This document shows, in pieces, positions 1-16,100 of a stretch of 64,000 bases of DNA. Location: NCBI GenBank assembly GCA_020137815.1, contig CM035362.1, positions 5,394,001-5,458,000 of the forward strand, given 5' to 3'. Both the position numbers and the translations under genes were made by a program. How positions within the stretch are numbered: the stretch's first letter is position 1; every line of letters starts with the position of its first letter. This DNA is from Hormiphora californensis (taxonomy: Eukaryota > Animalia > Ctenophora). The notes under the pieces are model-generated. The model did not search any database, was not told the DNA's origin, and worked only from the letters and a program-made list of their open reading frames with translations.

Positions 1-105
1 GCGAATGTTTGTCTGTTGTCTGTGACTTGATGGGAGAAACGGCTGACGCGGAGATCAACTCTGTGGGAATTTCGCGCGAGATTTCACGGGCGCGACGTCG
101 TATGA

Positions 106-246
106 AAGGTCGAGCACAAGGTCTGACCAGTCAACGTGACCACTGCGCGTCGTTGAAACCGCCGTTGAGCCGCAGCGCGAAAAAAAGTGCTGACATTGAC
201 CGGACCTTGTGCTCGACCTTGTGCTCGACCTTCATGTGCTCGACCT
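106..246. repeat. Imperfect inverted repeat (MITE-like) with tandem GTGCTCGACCT copies
   Basis: aaggtcgagcacaaggtc..gtcaacgt (106-138) pairs with acattgaccggaccttgtgctcgacctt (~193-220); gtgctcgacct occurs 3 times in 208-246. Confidence 0.5.
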
Positions 247-267
247 GAACATTTCCGAGTATGCTCA

Positions 268-415
268 TGTCCTTTTTTTTCAACTGTTCACCCCCCAAAG
301 TTTGGAATGCGCTGCAGCCCCCTCATGCGCGCACCCCCGCAATTATATTATATTATAAGGGGCCTGCAACGTATGCCAACCCCAAAGTCGTGCGCGGAAT
401 TGTTTTGCCTGTGAA
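268..415. mobile_element. Truncated copy of the TA-TSD MITE seen intact at 48643-48790, interrupted by a second MITE
   Basis: ttttttttcaactgttcaccccccaaagt...cgtgcgcggaattgttttgc matches 48648-48696 once 302-388 is removed. Confidence 0.7.
302..379. mobile_element. 78-bp MITE with 22-bp imperfect TIRs and 9-bp TSD (Mutator-like)
   Basis: TIRs ttggaatgcgctgcagccccct / aggggcctgcaacgtatgccaa; direct repeat ccccaaagt at 293-301 and 380-388; the empty site is visible at 48667-48680. Confidence 0.7.
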
Positions 416-436
416 GGAAAACGAGGTTGAAGCGGA

Positions 437-2778
437 ATGTTTGCATTGAGGCAAAGTTCTCTGAGACTCACATCCGTTAGTTACAGGGAATTCGGAGTGA
501 AATCTTCCGCGGTGGGAATCTCCCAAAGCTATCTAAGCGATTCTGAAGTCACACAGAGGTACAAATACATTTTCTAGAGTAGAGACTAACAACAAAAACA
601 AATGTAAAATATTTTGTTTTTGTTCGATGTAAACCATGTAACATTTGACATCTCTCTAGAGTCTGCAAGAAAGTCTACCTCGATTGCCGATACCTGATTT
701 AGATGATACTTGCCAGAGATATCTGACCTCACTACAGCCCTAGTAGCTCTGAATCCCTCCAAACCTCCTCAAAACTTGTCAATGACTTCAAAAAGGGTCC
801 GTCCACAAAACTAAATGATTAAATCTAAGTCCTAGTTTTGCAAATTCACTTGTAATCTGTACTAAGTTCTCCCTGCGGCAGGTATAGGCCGAGAGCTCCA
901 CGAACGACTAGTAAAACTGGACACCACCCTGGACCGCCGTGACAGCTACATCCACGAGGGATGGACTGAGATGTATCAGGGAGACAGAGGGTCAGTGTTG
1001 CTGAACCAGAACCCAGTACTGACATACCAAGATGAAGCTAACCCTGCTTTAAACAGCCAGCTAGATCGAGCAACAAAACCTAACAATCTCAACCCTCCGG
1101 TATTTCTGTTCGTTGCGGATGGAAGTTGCCACCTTTGAAAACCTGCATGCTCCAGTACCCGTATCTCTTTCAATCAACGGAGAATTCCAAGGCGAGAACG
1201 GGATGAGAATGTACGATTCCGGAGGAGACCACATTCTTGTCATACACAAGGGTCATTACTACAAAGTCAATGTGATTGACAGGGATGGCGGTGTTAGGGA
1301 TACCAATGCCTTGAAATCCGCCCTATCTAACATCCTCGCTGATACAAGACCAATAAAAACAGATTCTGCTGGGTATTTACTGCGCTGGAGCGAGACCATG
1401 GGCTGATATTAGAGTGAAACTGGAACACGGTAATACACAATCTCTAGCTGCCATTGACCAAGCTACTTTGTGCTGTGTCTCGATGCCAAATCCACTCCAG
1501 ACTCCCGGGACGCCCTGAAAAACTGCCTAGTTGGGATGGGTACAATCGATGGATGGACAAGAGTTTCTCCCTGATTGTCAGTGAAAATGGACGGGCTGCG
1601 GTGAATTGGGAGCACAGTTGGGGGGATGGTGGTACTATCATGGAAATGTTGCAGAATGTTCACCGGGATTATTGTGAGCATAGACCTGTGTTTGGTGGTG
1701 GGGAGAAGTGTGAGGTGGAGAGGGTGGAGGTGAGGGTTAGGGCGAGGTGAGAGATGTCTGGAAGCGGCAAAGAAGAGTTTGAACAAGCAGCCGCAACGTA
1801 TGACCTGAAACCGTTTGTACGAGGGTTTTGGTAAGGAGGATATCAAGAAATTTGGAATGAGCCCAGATTCAGTTAGCCAGGTCATATTCAACTTGCGCAA
1901 TGGCGGACATTTGGCTATTTTGTTGGAACGTATGAGAGTTGTAGTACAGCGGCGTTCGGTCGGTAGGACTGGACAATAAGGTCGTGTTCTAGCGAAATGG
2001 CAGCAGCCGCACAAGCATTTGATGCTACTAATCCCGCTGGTTTGGAGGACATAACCAACCTCTGAAGGTGTTCCCAAACACGTGACGCTGTGCAGGGAGG
2101 CAGGGTGGAATGGGATTTGATCGTCACTTCTTTGGTCTGCGTTATCTCAAAAAACGAGGGTGGAGGGATCTTGAGGTGTTCCAGGATCCAAACTGGGCAA
2201 CTATGGGAATATTAGGTGTTCCACTAGCACCGTTGGAGCACCCTGTTGAGGGATTTCCTTTGTTTTGGGGCTGTCTCGCCTCAAGGATTGGCTTGGTAAG
2301 TGGAGAGGGAATTCATATCATTTTACTATAATTAGTTTAGTTTCATAGGCAGCTTCTCTGGTAACCCGAATAATGTTTGTTCTGAAAATATCACCTTTCT
2401 GATTTCTCAGTAGGTGACCCACTAAGGGAAGACCTGTTGTGTAAACTACCCCAAAATCCAATTCTAGCTCAGACTGATTCAAATTTTATGTAGGATTTAA
2501 TAGGATTAATAGTGGGACTTTTTATTATGAAAATTATAGTGTGAGCCGCAATGGCGTCGAGTGCAGCCGTGTTAAGTATTAGTTGAGATGGCCATGGGTC
2601 ATAAATGTATTATTAAAATATTTCAGGATACCTAATGATAAATCCCAGTTCGGAGCGGCAGTACATGCTCCCCCCTAACGACTACTACAACTCCTACTTT
2701 GAGAACCTTGGCAGTGCGTGTGAGGACATCCGGGCTGTTATGCAGGGGAAGAACTTTAAAGAGAGCAGGAAAATTTGA
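437..2778 (+). CDS. CPT2: Carnitine O-palmitoyltransferase 2-like, paralog A (multi-exon; many apparent frameshifts, probably consensus errors)
   Basis: Exon 1 (437-558) MFALRQSSLRLTS.. looks like a mitochondrial presequence. Exon 2 from 662 [22 protein letters not shown]; NRWMDKSFSLIVSENGRAAVNWEHSWGDGG (catalytic His motif); [11 protein letters not shown]; GFDRHFFGLRYL; CSTST; last exon ENLGSACEDIRAVMQGKNFKESRKI* ends 2778. Confidence 0.85.
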
Positions 2779-3107
2779 GTAATTCATTTTCCCAAAAGTA
2801 CTCGATTTGAGTTGTTTTGGGTACGCTACTTCTAGGCGATGTCTTCTTCTGAAAGTGTCGGGCTTGAGGGGACGTTCAGTTAGCATTGTTGACTAAAAAT
2901 TGTGTTAAATTATTCTGTTTACTGTTTGATAATTTGATAGATCAGCTTTTACTATTCAAATTCGTTTTATGGCCCATCCCTGAATCATTCCATTTTAACT
3001 AACTTATCTTTCTCTTCTAGCACTATTTATTGACACCACGATAGTACCAGGAACGACACCCATCTCACCACGACACCCCTCAACACCATCCCGGCAACAA
3101 CACCAAA

Positions 3108-4614
3108 ATGCTGAGAAGTGCAGTAAGGAACCGTGGTCGCCTTCCATTCCGATGTCTATCTACCCTTGACGATGGGTACATTCATCGCTCAATTGTACCT
3201 ACACTGGTTAGTGAGAGCAGGAGAGATTGTTACTTTAACTAGGAGAGAGCAGGAGAGATTGTTACTTTAACTAGGAGAGAGCAGGATTCTGGATTACTAA
3301 CTGCAATACAATTTAGAAATACATAACTTTAGTCTCTAAACCCCTTCTTTTCAGCACTACCAAAAGTCCCTGCCCCGGTTACCCATACCCAAACTAGAAG
3401 ACACCTGCTCCCGGTACCTCGCCGCACTTCACCCCCTTCTTAGTGAGACAGAATACAAAGCAAGTGAAATACTTATCAACGAGTTTATGTCCGGTAATTT
3501 GATTGATAGCTCTGTACGGATCAATTAGTTAATTAGTAAATTAATCAAATGTTGATAACATAATATATCCGCCGTCCGGAAATTGTGCAATTTAACCTCA
3601 TATTGTATGATTTATTGGAAGTAATCAAAGATGAAAGAGTGTGTATTTCCTAACACACCCCCCTCTTTTTAGGTAAGGGGAAAGAACTCCAGTCTCATCT
3701 GATCTCATCTGACAAACAAAACAAGAATTCCTCCTATATCGCCCAACCATGGACCGAGCGTACCAACAAGACCGCCGCTTCCGTCGTCCTAAACTTCAAC
3801 CCTTTTCTGGGTTTGTCGATGATCCAGAACCGGAGCACAACACCCAACTGGCGTCCACCAACCTCATCATGTCGTCTGTTGGTTCTTTAGGACTTACAGG
3901 GAGGGTTTATTATCACCCGATATCTACACATGAACCCCGCTAAAAGTGATACCTGAGTTTAAAAATCTGATCCGTATGTCCCTCAGTCTCTCTCTGGTAT
4001 GGAGCCTATCTAGCTAAAGCATTCCCTCTGGACATGCGCCAATACCCATATCTCTTTCAATCAACCAGGGTACCGAAACCAGAGCAGGATATCAATGTCC
4101 GGTTCCCGGAGTCACGTCATATTGTTGCCATTCACAAGGGATACTTTTATTCTTTTGACGTTCTGACAACTAAGGTGAAATGGTGTCCGGTGGGGAGATC
4201 AAGGTCTCTCTCCCAAATCCTTTCTGATTCTCGCCAGTGAACACCGCCTCTATTGGGAACTACACCTCCTAGACAGGACTATTGGGGGGGTATTCGGTCT
4301 GATTTGGAATCATCCAACTCTGAACTCCTCACAGAGATTGATAGTGCCCTGTTTGTGCTGTGTCTTGATGACTACGAAGTAGCTCCCAAACCTCCTGGAC
4401 GCCCGTTTCAGAGCGGGATGCCATCCCCTAATCAAGAATGGATTCAGGGGAGGCTATAACCGTGGTTTGATAAGTGCTTCAATTTGATCGTACAAAAAAC
4501 GGAAAGGCAGCCGCATTTTGACATAGCTGGGGAGATGGAGTTCCGTTTTGAGGTATGTTTAACCAATACCTCCCTTTTTCTCTCTCTCTCTCTCTCTCTC
4601 TTTTCCTTCTCTCT

Positions 4615-4677
<63 letters not shown>

Positions 4678-5501
4678 TCTATCCTTCTCTCATACTATCA
4701 CTATTTCAGGTACTTCAACGAGATCTTGACGACCATCTGGCAAGCGATACACCAGGAGAAGGAGGTTGGTGAGGTCAGGAGGTTGGATCCTGTCCTATCA
4801 ACTGATCTTACATCCGCTGCTGAGTCTGCTAGGGATAACTTTGAGAAAGTCAAAGAAGCTTTACCCTTGATGTCCTAAAATTCGAGGGATTGGTAAAAAG
4901 ATCTGAGAAAACTGAAAGTCAGCCCCGATGCCATTTGCAGCTTGTCATTCCAGATGGCCTACTGGAGAATGAAGGGGCCTTGTGGGGACATACGAGAGTT
5001 GCAGTACGGCAGCGTTCAGGTTCGGTCGCACAGAGACAATTAGACCGTGCACGAAGGAAACAAGGCGTGCTCGTGGCATTCGATAAGGTAACTCAGCTGG
5101 TTATCCGAGATGGAATCACTGCTAGAGCCTGTTCAAAGAAGCACAATACCCTAACTAACAAGGCCGCCATGGCCAAGGATTTGATAGGCATCTCTTTGCT
5201 ACGACACCTAAACGAACAACTGGAGGCGCCCACTTCCCTCTTCACTGATCCCAACTACGCCAAACTGAACCACATCATCCTATCCACTAGACCCTAGTTT
5301 CACCAGCATTAGAGGTCGGTGGGTTTGCTGCGGTGGTGGATGATGGTTTGGTGTGGGATAGCATGTTGATGAATGGTTTGGAACTCAAGCTAGTTACTAT
5401 CCCCCTGGTAACGATGGAGTGAGTTTATTAGACAGTTAGGAGCGTGTGTGAGGACCTAAGGCATGCTGAGGGAAGATATCAAGGAGGGAAGGAAGGTCTA
5501 A
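3108..5501 (+). CDS. CPT2: Carnitine O-palmitoyltransferase 2, paralog B (multi-exon; apparent frameshifts)
   Basis: [33 protein letters not shown]|[29 protein letters not shown]; [20 protein letters not shown]; [11 protein letters not shown]; HSWGDGV at ~4523; [22 protein letters not shown]; [13 protein letters not shown]; [12 protein letters not shown]. Confidence 0.92.
4579..4680. repeat. (CT)n microsatellite in a CPT2 intron
   Basis: Direct inspection. Confidence 0.95.
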
Positions 5502-6160
5502 CACATTAAACATACATACGGTGTGTGCAGGGGACCATGAAAAAGGGAAGATGCGGGGAGGTCTAGAGAAGGGTTGTAGAAACACCATTAGAGATAATCA
5601 CGGAACAGGAAAACAGTGGGGACCTAGTATTTTAGTTGCATGAAAAAAGTGGCAGTGAGTTTGTTAAACTAGGGTTTAAAGTAAAACCCAAGCTAAAAAC
5701 TGTTAGTTTGGGGTTTACTTATTCAACCTTAGCACTAATTTAGATGATAAACAATGTCACAGCATATTTAAAGTAACATTTTCGAGTATTATGTCATTAG
5801 ATTTAGTAGTATCACTAGCCGAAAGATAAATCAAACCAGTGCAATATGATGAAGCACTCATTGTCGTGTTAAAGTGTTAACCGTTAGCATTTTGTTCATT
5901 TCTTACTATCACGTGTATATATTCAACTCGTATTGATGTCAAATTGGTGTTCAAGTTTCTAAATCCCTCGGTCTACTTTTTGTGTACTACTCCATGAGAT
6001 AAATGGCCTAACTTAGCGCACCAATAGACTCAAGAAAGTCAAAGAGTAGTACAGGACCATTAGTCTCCCGATTTAGTGGCAGATTCTAGTAATCTTCGAT
6101 ATTCAACTATCGTCGACGTTAAATTGATATACGTATACTCTCCTACAGGGTGTGGGTAGC

Positions 6161-7252
6161 ATGTCCTGTAGTAAGGAAGGAAGGTGGTGTGTCTATTCGA
6201 TCTTCTTTTTAGGACTCTGTTTACTGCTCATCCTCCTAGGATCTCTCTACGCACCAAACCATCTGGACGGCTCGAAATACAAGAAGGGGTTGTGTGTGCT
6301 AGTTTCCGAAGGGGTGGATGTTGGAGATGCGAGATGTTTTACAGGAAGATGTGTTATTGGTACAAGTTTCCTGTATAATGTCAATGCAAGGTGGTGGTGT
6401 AAGATGTAAGATGATGATATATATGATGATATATATATGATATGTATTCCGGTTTCGGATGATATAAAAATCAGCCGATAAGGGCTGTTTGATAGAACCT
6501 GAGTGTAGAGAGAGCTACGATGCATGAAGGATGACGTCGTGACTATGGAAGGAATTATCCAGGACAGAAAGAAAATCCTATTTTCAGCTGTGGGTTTTCC
6601 AGAATAAGATATAATGAACACAAGTTGGTCATACTCGAAAGTTGGCGTCACTGGTTATCCCTCCATTCTTATCATCTGCTTCCTTCCGTTTTTATGTCGC
6701 AAAACGTACCGATGTTGGGGTGATGATTATGTATTGTCTTCTTCTTCGATAGATCATACTGTTCATCGTCATGCCAATCGTCCCAACAGAGAAACTCAAC
6801 TAGAAGAGCAGGACGTTTATAGATATGAAGACCGGAGAACAACGCAGATCGTATAGCGAGGGACCTTGCGAGATCCGAGGAAACCACCAGAAGAGTGGGA
6901 AATTTATAGATCTGGAGGAGGAAACAGATCGTGGAGGAACGCAGCACTTACTGTGGATGAATCAGATATGTAGAGTTGCCTTCTCCATGACACACAACTT
7001 TCTCCCTGCACCTACCTACCATATCGGCACCTCCCCCTACATACACGCCCAACCCCCACTACCCATCAGCGCCTCCAGCTCCGGGTGCCTTTTCAACGCC
7101 TCCTCCATGCCTTTCAGCAGGCCTTCTCCACGCGCCACCCAGCTTCCAGCACACCCTCCGCTCGCACTTCCAGGACTTTCCGATCCCTCGGCGCCCCATC
7201 TTACTTTGAGGTTATGGCAAACCCAGCGCCATCCTATGACTCTGTGTGTTAA
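6161..7252 (+). CDS. Uncharacterised membrane protein: N-terminal TM, Cys-rich loop, probable second TM, Pro-rich tail (frameshifted consensus)
   Basis: Acceptor ctcctacag at ~6148, ATG 6161; MSCSKEGRWCVYSIFFLGLCLLLILLGSLYAP..GLCVLV..RCFTGRCVIG; hydrophobic stretch at ~6715-6785; tail ends PAPSYDSVC*. Confidence 0.5.
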
Positions 7253-7714
7253 ATATATCAACCAAATGATATGACGTGTAACAACAATTAGATGTGATAG
7301 TAATGGATTTTATTTTATATTTATCTTTAGTTAGTTATCAAATTTATTATATAGATTTGTTGTCTGTTGTTTGTTAAACCCATTTGCGTGCGAAAGGGGT
7401 CTAGCTAGGCAACTAACATTATGAAAGACGTGGTTTTTTCATACATTAACTTTACCTTTTACCTTTACCTTTTATTAGAAGTATAGGAAGTCTTTTATGA
7501 GTTTTTATCTTTATATTTTTAGTTTTTACTCAATCAGTTTAAATGCCTGCATGAAAAATAATAATAGATTGTATTTTGAAATAGCTGCAGCTCTTTTCCA
7601 ATCATTAGATATCAAATTGATTCCAAGTTTATATAAACCATTGTTTCTTCTCTTGTGTACTATTCCTAGATACTACTTCAAGATATATTAACTCCACGTG
7701 ATCCCCTCAGGATC

Positions 7715-11290
<3,576 letters not shown>

Positions 11291-11390
11291 NNNNNNNNNN
11301 NNNNNNNNNNNNNNNNNNNNNNNNNNNNNNNNNNNNNNNNNNNNNNNNNNNNNNNNNNNNNNNNNNNNNNNNNNNNNNNNNNNNNNNNNN
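11291..11390. other. Assembly gap (100 N)
   Basis: Run of 100 n. Confidence 1.
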
Positions 11391-11444
11391 TCTTGCCACA
11401 CAACTTGACCAGGTAGGACAGGATAGGACAGACAGACGACAGAC

Positions 11445-11475
<31 letters not shown>

Positions 11476-11494
11476 GACAGACAGACCGACAGAC

Positions 11495-11572
<78 letters not shown>

Positions 11573-13131
11573 GATAGTGCAAATCACTATCTAATATTCC
11601 TTTCCAGCGCACAAGGCCAACTATAAGAACGTGTTGTCGAAGAATGTTGAATTGGAGGAGGTGAACAGACAACTTCTGACCGGGAATACCTATCTAAAGG
11701 TAACCATTTTGTGTGACAAGGTCCCTTCCACCCTCCCAGTTCCCACCCCCTTTCTCTCCCTCCTGCGTTGTACTGAATACATTGGTGTGTCCTAAATTCA
11801 CCTTGTTTGAACAAGTTGCATTGCTTCTACTTTCCAACAAAACCACTTCCACATAAAATTCTACTACATTTCACCAGGCAGAGTTATTAGCACTGAAGGA
11901 CGAAGCAATTAAATCCCCACTCTCCCTAGCAACCCCCACTCTCCCTAGTAACCCCACTACTCCCTAGTAACCCCACTACATTTCACCAGGCAGAGTTATC
12001 AGCGCTGAAGGACGAAGCAATCCCCACTCTCCCTAGCAACCCCCACTCTCCCTAGCAACCCCCACTCTCCCTAACAACCCCCACTACATTTCACCAGGCA
12101 GAGTTATCAGCATTGAAGGACGAAGCAATCCCCAGTCCCCACTCTCCCTAGCAACCCACTCTCCCTAGCACCCCCTCTACTCCCTAGCAACCCCAACTCT
12201 CCCTAGCAACCCCCACTCTCCCTAGTAACCCCCTCTACTCCCTAGTAACCCCACTACATTTCACCAGGCCGAGTTATCAGCATTGAAGGACGAAGCAATC
12301 CCCAGTCCCCACTCTCCCTAGCAACCCCCACTCTCCCTAGCAACCCCCACTACTCCCTAGTAACCCCACTAGATTTCACCAGGCAGAGTTATCAGCACTG
12401 AAGGACGAAGCATCCCCCACTCTCCCTAGCAACCCACTCTCCCTAGCAACCCCCACTCTCCCTAGCAACCCCCTCTACTCCCTAGTAACCCCACTACATT
12501 TCACCAGGCAGAGTTATCAGCACTGAAGGACGAAGCAACAAGATCTGATGCTATTTTCAGTACACAGAGACAGGAAAACGCTCTACTCCAGCAGGTAGGT
12601 ATCCAGTATTTCACTTTAGGTTGTTTGAAGCTGTAGAAGATCAAATATTCAGCTGCTTCAACAGGGTCATCGACTCGTGCGAACACTGTAGATGTTTGTT
12701 TGTTCAAATTCTACCACGCGATTATTTGTTTAGAGTATACACGTGTGTACATAGTAAGGTTTGGAACATGATCTGTTGCCCCTTTTCCTAGCATAGAGGG
12801 GCCGAAAATGTTGCTTGCTAGTTACTGGTACTAACCCCACGTTTCTACGACATGCGCTCTCAGATAACAAACTAACACCACTCATCAGGACAAGGCCTAT
12901 TATATCTCACATGTAATTGACTAACACCACGACTCCACGTCAGGACAAGGCCTATTTGACACATGTAACAAACTAATCCCACTCTCAGGACAAGGCCTAT
13001 CTAAGCAAGGAGAACGCAGATCTGACATCCAGGACACACCGTACTGAGGAGAAGTTGGAGAATGTTATGTTGGAGTTACAGGGGGCCAAACGGGCACGGG
13101 ACAAGGTATAGTCTGTCTGTCTGTCTGTCTG

Positions 13132-13195
<64 letters not shown>

Positions 13196-16100
13196 TGTGT
13201 CTCGTCTGTCGTCTACCTCCCCCCCAACTCCCCCCCCCCCCAACTCCCCCCCCCCCCCCCACCTCACCCCCTAACTCCCGTCCACCCCCCCCCTCACCCC
13301 CTAACTCCCCCCCCAACTCCCCTCACCCCCTAACTCCCCGTCCACCCCCCCTAATCCGCTCCCTTTGAAGGTGTACGAGGAGCTGATATCGGTGAGACAA
13401 AATGTAACCCGGGACCACGACACAAAGATCCAGGGAGAGCTGGATCTGCTGAAACAGAAGACCACCGCTGAACTTGATCACCTCCGGCTTACCGCTCAAA
13501 AGGTATTAATATACTAGCAAAACTGGGGCGATCGTACCGATCGCAATCGAGGGGTCTGTTTCTATGTTTCTCTTCGCCTGTCTGCTATACAGGGTGTCCA
13601 TATATTCTGTGGGTCGGTTGGCGAGCTGTCACGCAAAAACGGTGATAGTTGTGTGAAAACAAACTACGGGGGTGGCTGGATTAATTCCTTCCTAACTGAT
13701 GGCTTTGTTTTTAAATAAATTTCAAAAGTTCATTTTCATGAATGAACATTCCTGTCATTCATCGTGAATTCTGAAATATTGTTACCTTGAGTAAAAAACT
13801 TTTCTTTGGCTCGAAATTATCTTTCCAATGAGCACCATAAAAATCAAATTGAAGCACCGGATCGCATGGCAGGTGAGAAAATGCAAATGCATGATTTTGG
13901 CCATTCCTGCGACTTTCAATCAGCTGTATCACCGCTACTTTCAGTTCAATCCTTTTAAAAGTTTGGGTGAACATTGGTGAAGATAAGATATTTGCTCACA
14001 AGAAAAATCAAGGTCAAAACTCAAAGTTCATTTTTCATTTTTGGTAGTTCATTCCACTCATTCAGGAACAAACATCCTAAGTGACGAAAAGGTTTGGGTT
14101 TTGTTTGGCCCATGTCCTGAAACGACAGAGAGGGTAAAAACGTGTTTCCGGGCTAGTTAGTGGGTGTCCATGTGATCATTATGATATCTGACACCTGTGC
14201 TGAGCCATAATTAAGAGATTTTCTCAAATTCAAACATGGGAACGAGTATTCTGCGATTGGTATTGGCACCAATACAAGAGATCCCTAGCACCCTCAAAAA
14301 TTTGATTAGCTAAATGAAATGAGTTGATTCACGCTTGAAATGTTCGTTTAGTCCGAATTTACATTGGTTTTAATCTTTTCAAATCGTAAATCAACTCATT
14401 TTTAGCTAATCATAATTTTTGAGGTGCTATGGATCTCTTGTTATTGGTGCACGATACCAATCGCAGAATACTCGTATCCCATGTTTGAATTTGAGAAAAT
14501 CTCTTAATTATGGCTCAGCACAGGTGTCAGATATCATAATGATCACATGGACACCCACTAACTAGCCCGGAAACACGTTTTTACACTCTCTGTCGTTTCA
14601 GGACATGGGCCAAACAAAACCCAAACCTTTTCGTCACTTAGGGATGTTTGTTCCTGAATGAGTGGAATGAACTGCCAAAAATGAAAAATGAACTTTGAGT
14701 TTTGACCTGATTTTTCTTGTGAGCAAATATTTATCTTCACCAATGTTCACCCAAACTTTTAAAAGGATTGAACTGAACAGTACGGTGTAGCGGTGATACG
14801 CTGATTGAAAGTCGCAGGAATGGCCAAAATCATGCATTTGCATTTTCTCACCTGCCAGCGATCCGGTGCTTCAATTTGATTTTTATGGTGCTCATTGGAA
14901 AGATAATTTCGAGGCCAAAGAAAAGTTTTTTACTCAAGGAAAACAATATTTCAGAATTCACGAATGAATGACAGGAATGTTCATTCATGAAAAATGAACT
15001 TTTGAAATTAATTTAAAAACAAAGCCATCAGTTAGGAAGGAATTAATCCAGCACACTCCCGTAGTTGTTTTCACACAACTATCACCGTTTTTGTGACAGC
15101 TCGCCAACCGACCCACAGAATATATGGGACACCCTGTATGCTATGTGAGTGATCCCTCTCTTTTTCTCTCTTTCTCTCCCTTTATACATGTGATGTGACC
15201 CCTCAAGTCGCAAAGCAGTTCTCAAAACGTGTGATACGTGATACCTACAATCACCTCGTACCACGACGGATCATGTCGTCACACGACGGTCACGTCGTCA
15301 CATTGACGGATCACGTCGTCACATTGACGATAGGGTGTCACATTTCCGTGCAAATTTGCATTAGATATAGTTGAGATTCGGTTGAGAAAATATCTATCTG
15401 TTTGCTACTACCTAACGAAGCCTTACTCACTGTTTTTGATGGCTGGTCCTTCATTTTGAGCTCTTGGAAACTCCCCAAAATCTCATACATTTTGTTTTTA
15501 AGATTCTCCATCTCACTCCAATCCACCCAGGTTACGAGCAAGAGAAGGCAGTGCTAGTGAAGAGTAGGGAAGCAGCAGTGCAAGACAGAGATGATGCATA
15601 CGGAGAAATAGAGAGTTGTTAGAACAACATGGGGACCTGACCTCAGCTTACCACACGTAGGTCTTACTGGGAACTGTTATACAGTCGGACCCCGTGCTCG
15701 GGGGAATATACTGTTATTTCCTCTCTCGGTATATCAGAGTATGTTTACTGGTAACTGGTAACTGTTATGCATTGCCAAGTACAGTGTTTTCTACGGGATC
15801 ACTACAAGCGGTTTGCCCGGTATATCGGGGTAAATACTGTCAATTTCCTATTCGGGAAAGATTATCCTCCCGGTAAATCGGGGTTCCGGTAAATCGGGGC
15901 CTGGTGAATCGGGGTCCGACTGTATATAAACTTATTTAACGAGATATACATTTTCTATAGTTCAAGAACATCCCTCCCAAGTCCCACGTCCTTTATGTTC
16001 CCTCTATTTCAGGTTCCAAAGCAAATCAGAGTCCCAACTTCTGAGTACAAGAACACACTAAAATCAAGGAATTCGAGCTTGAGAGATTAACATTGTGTTA

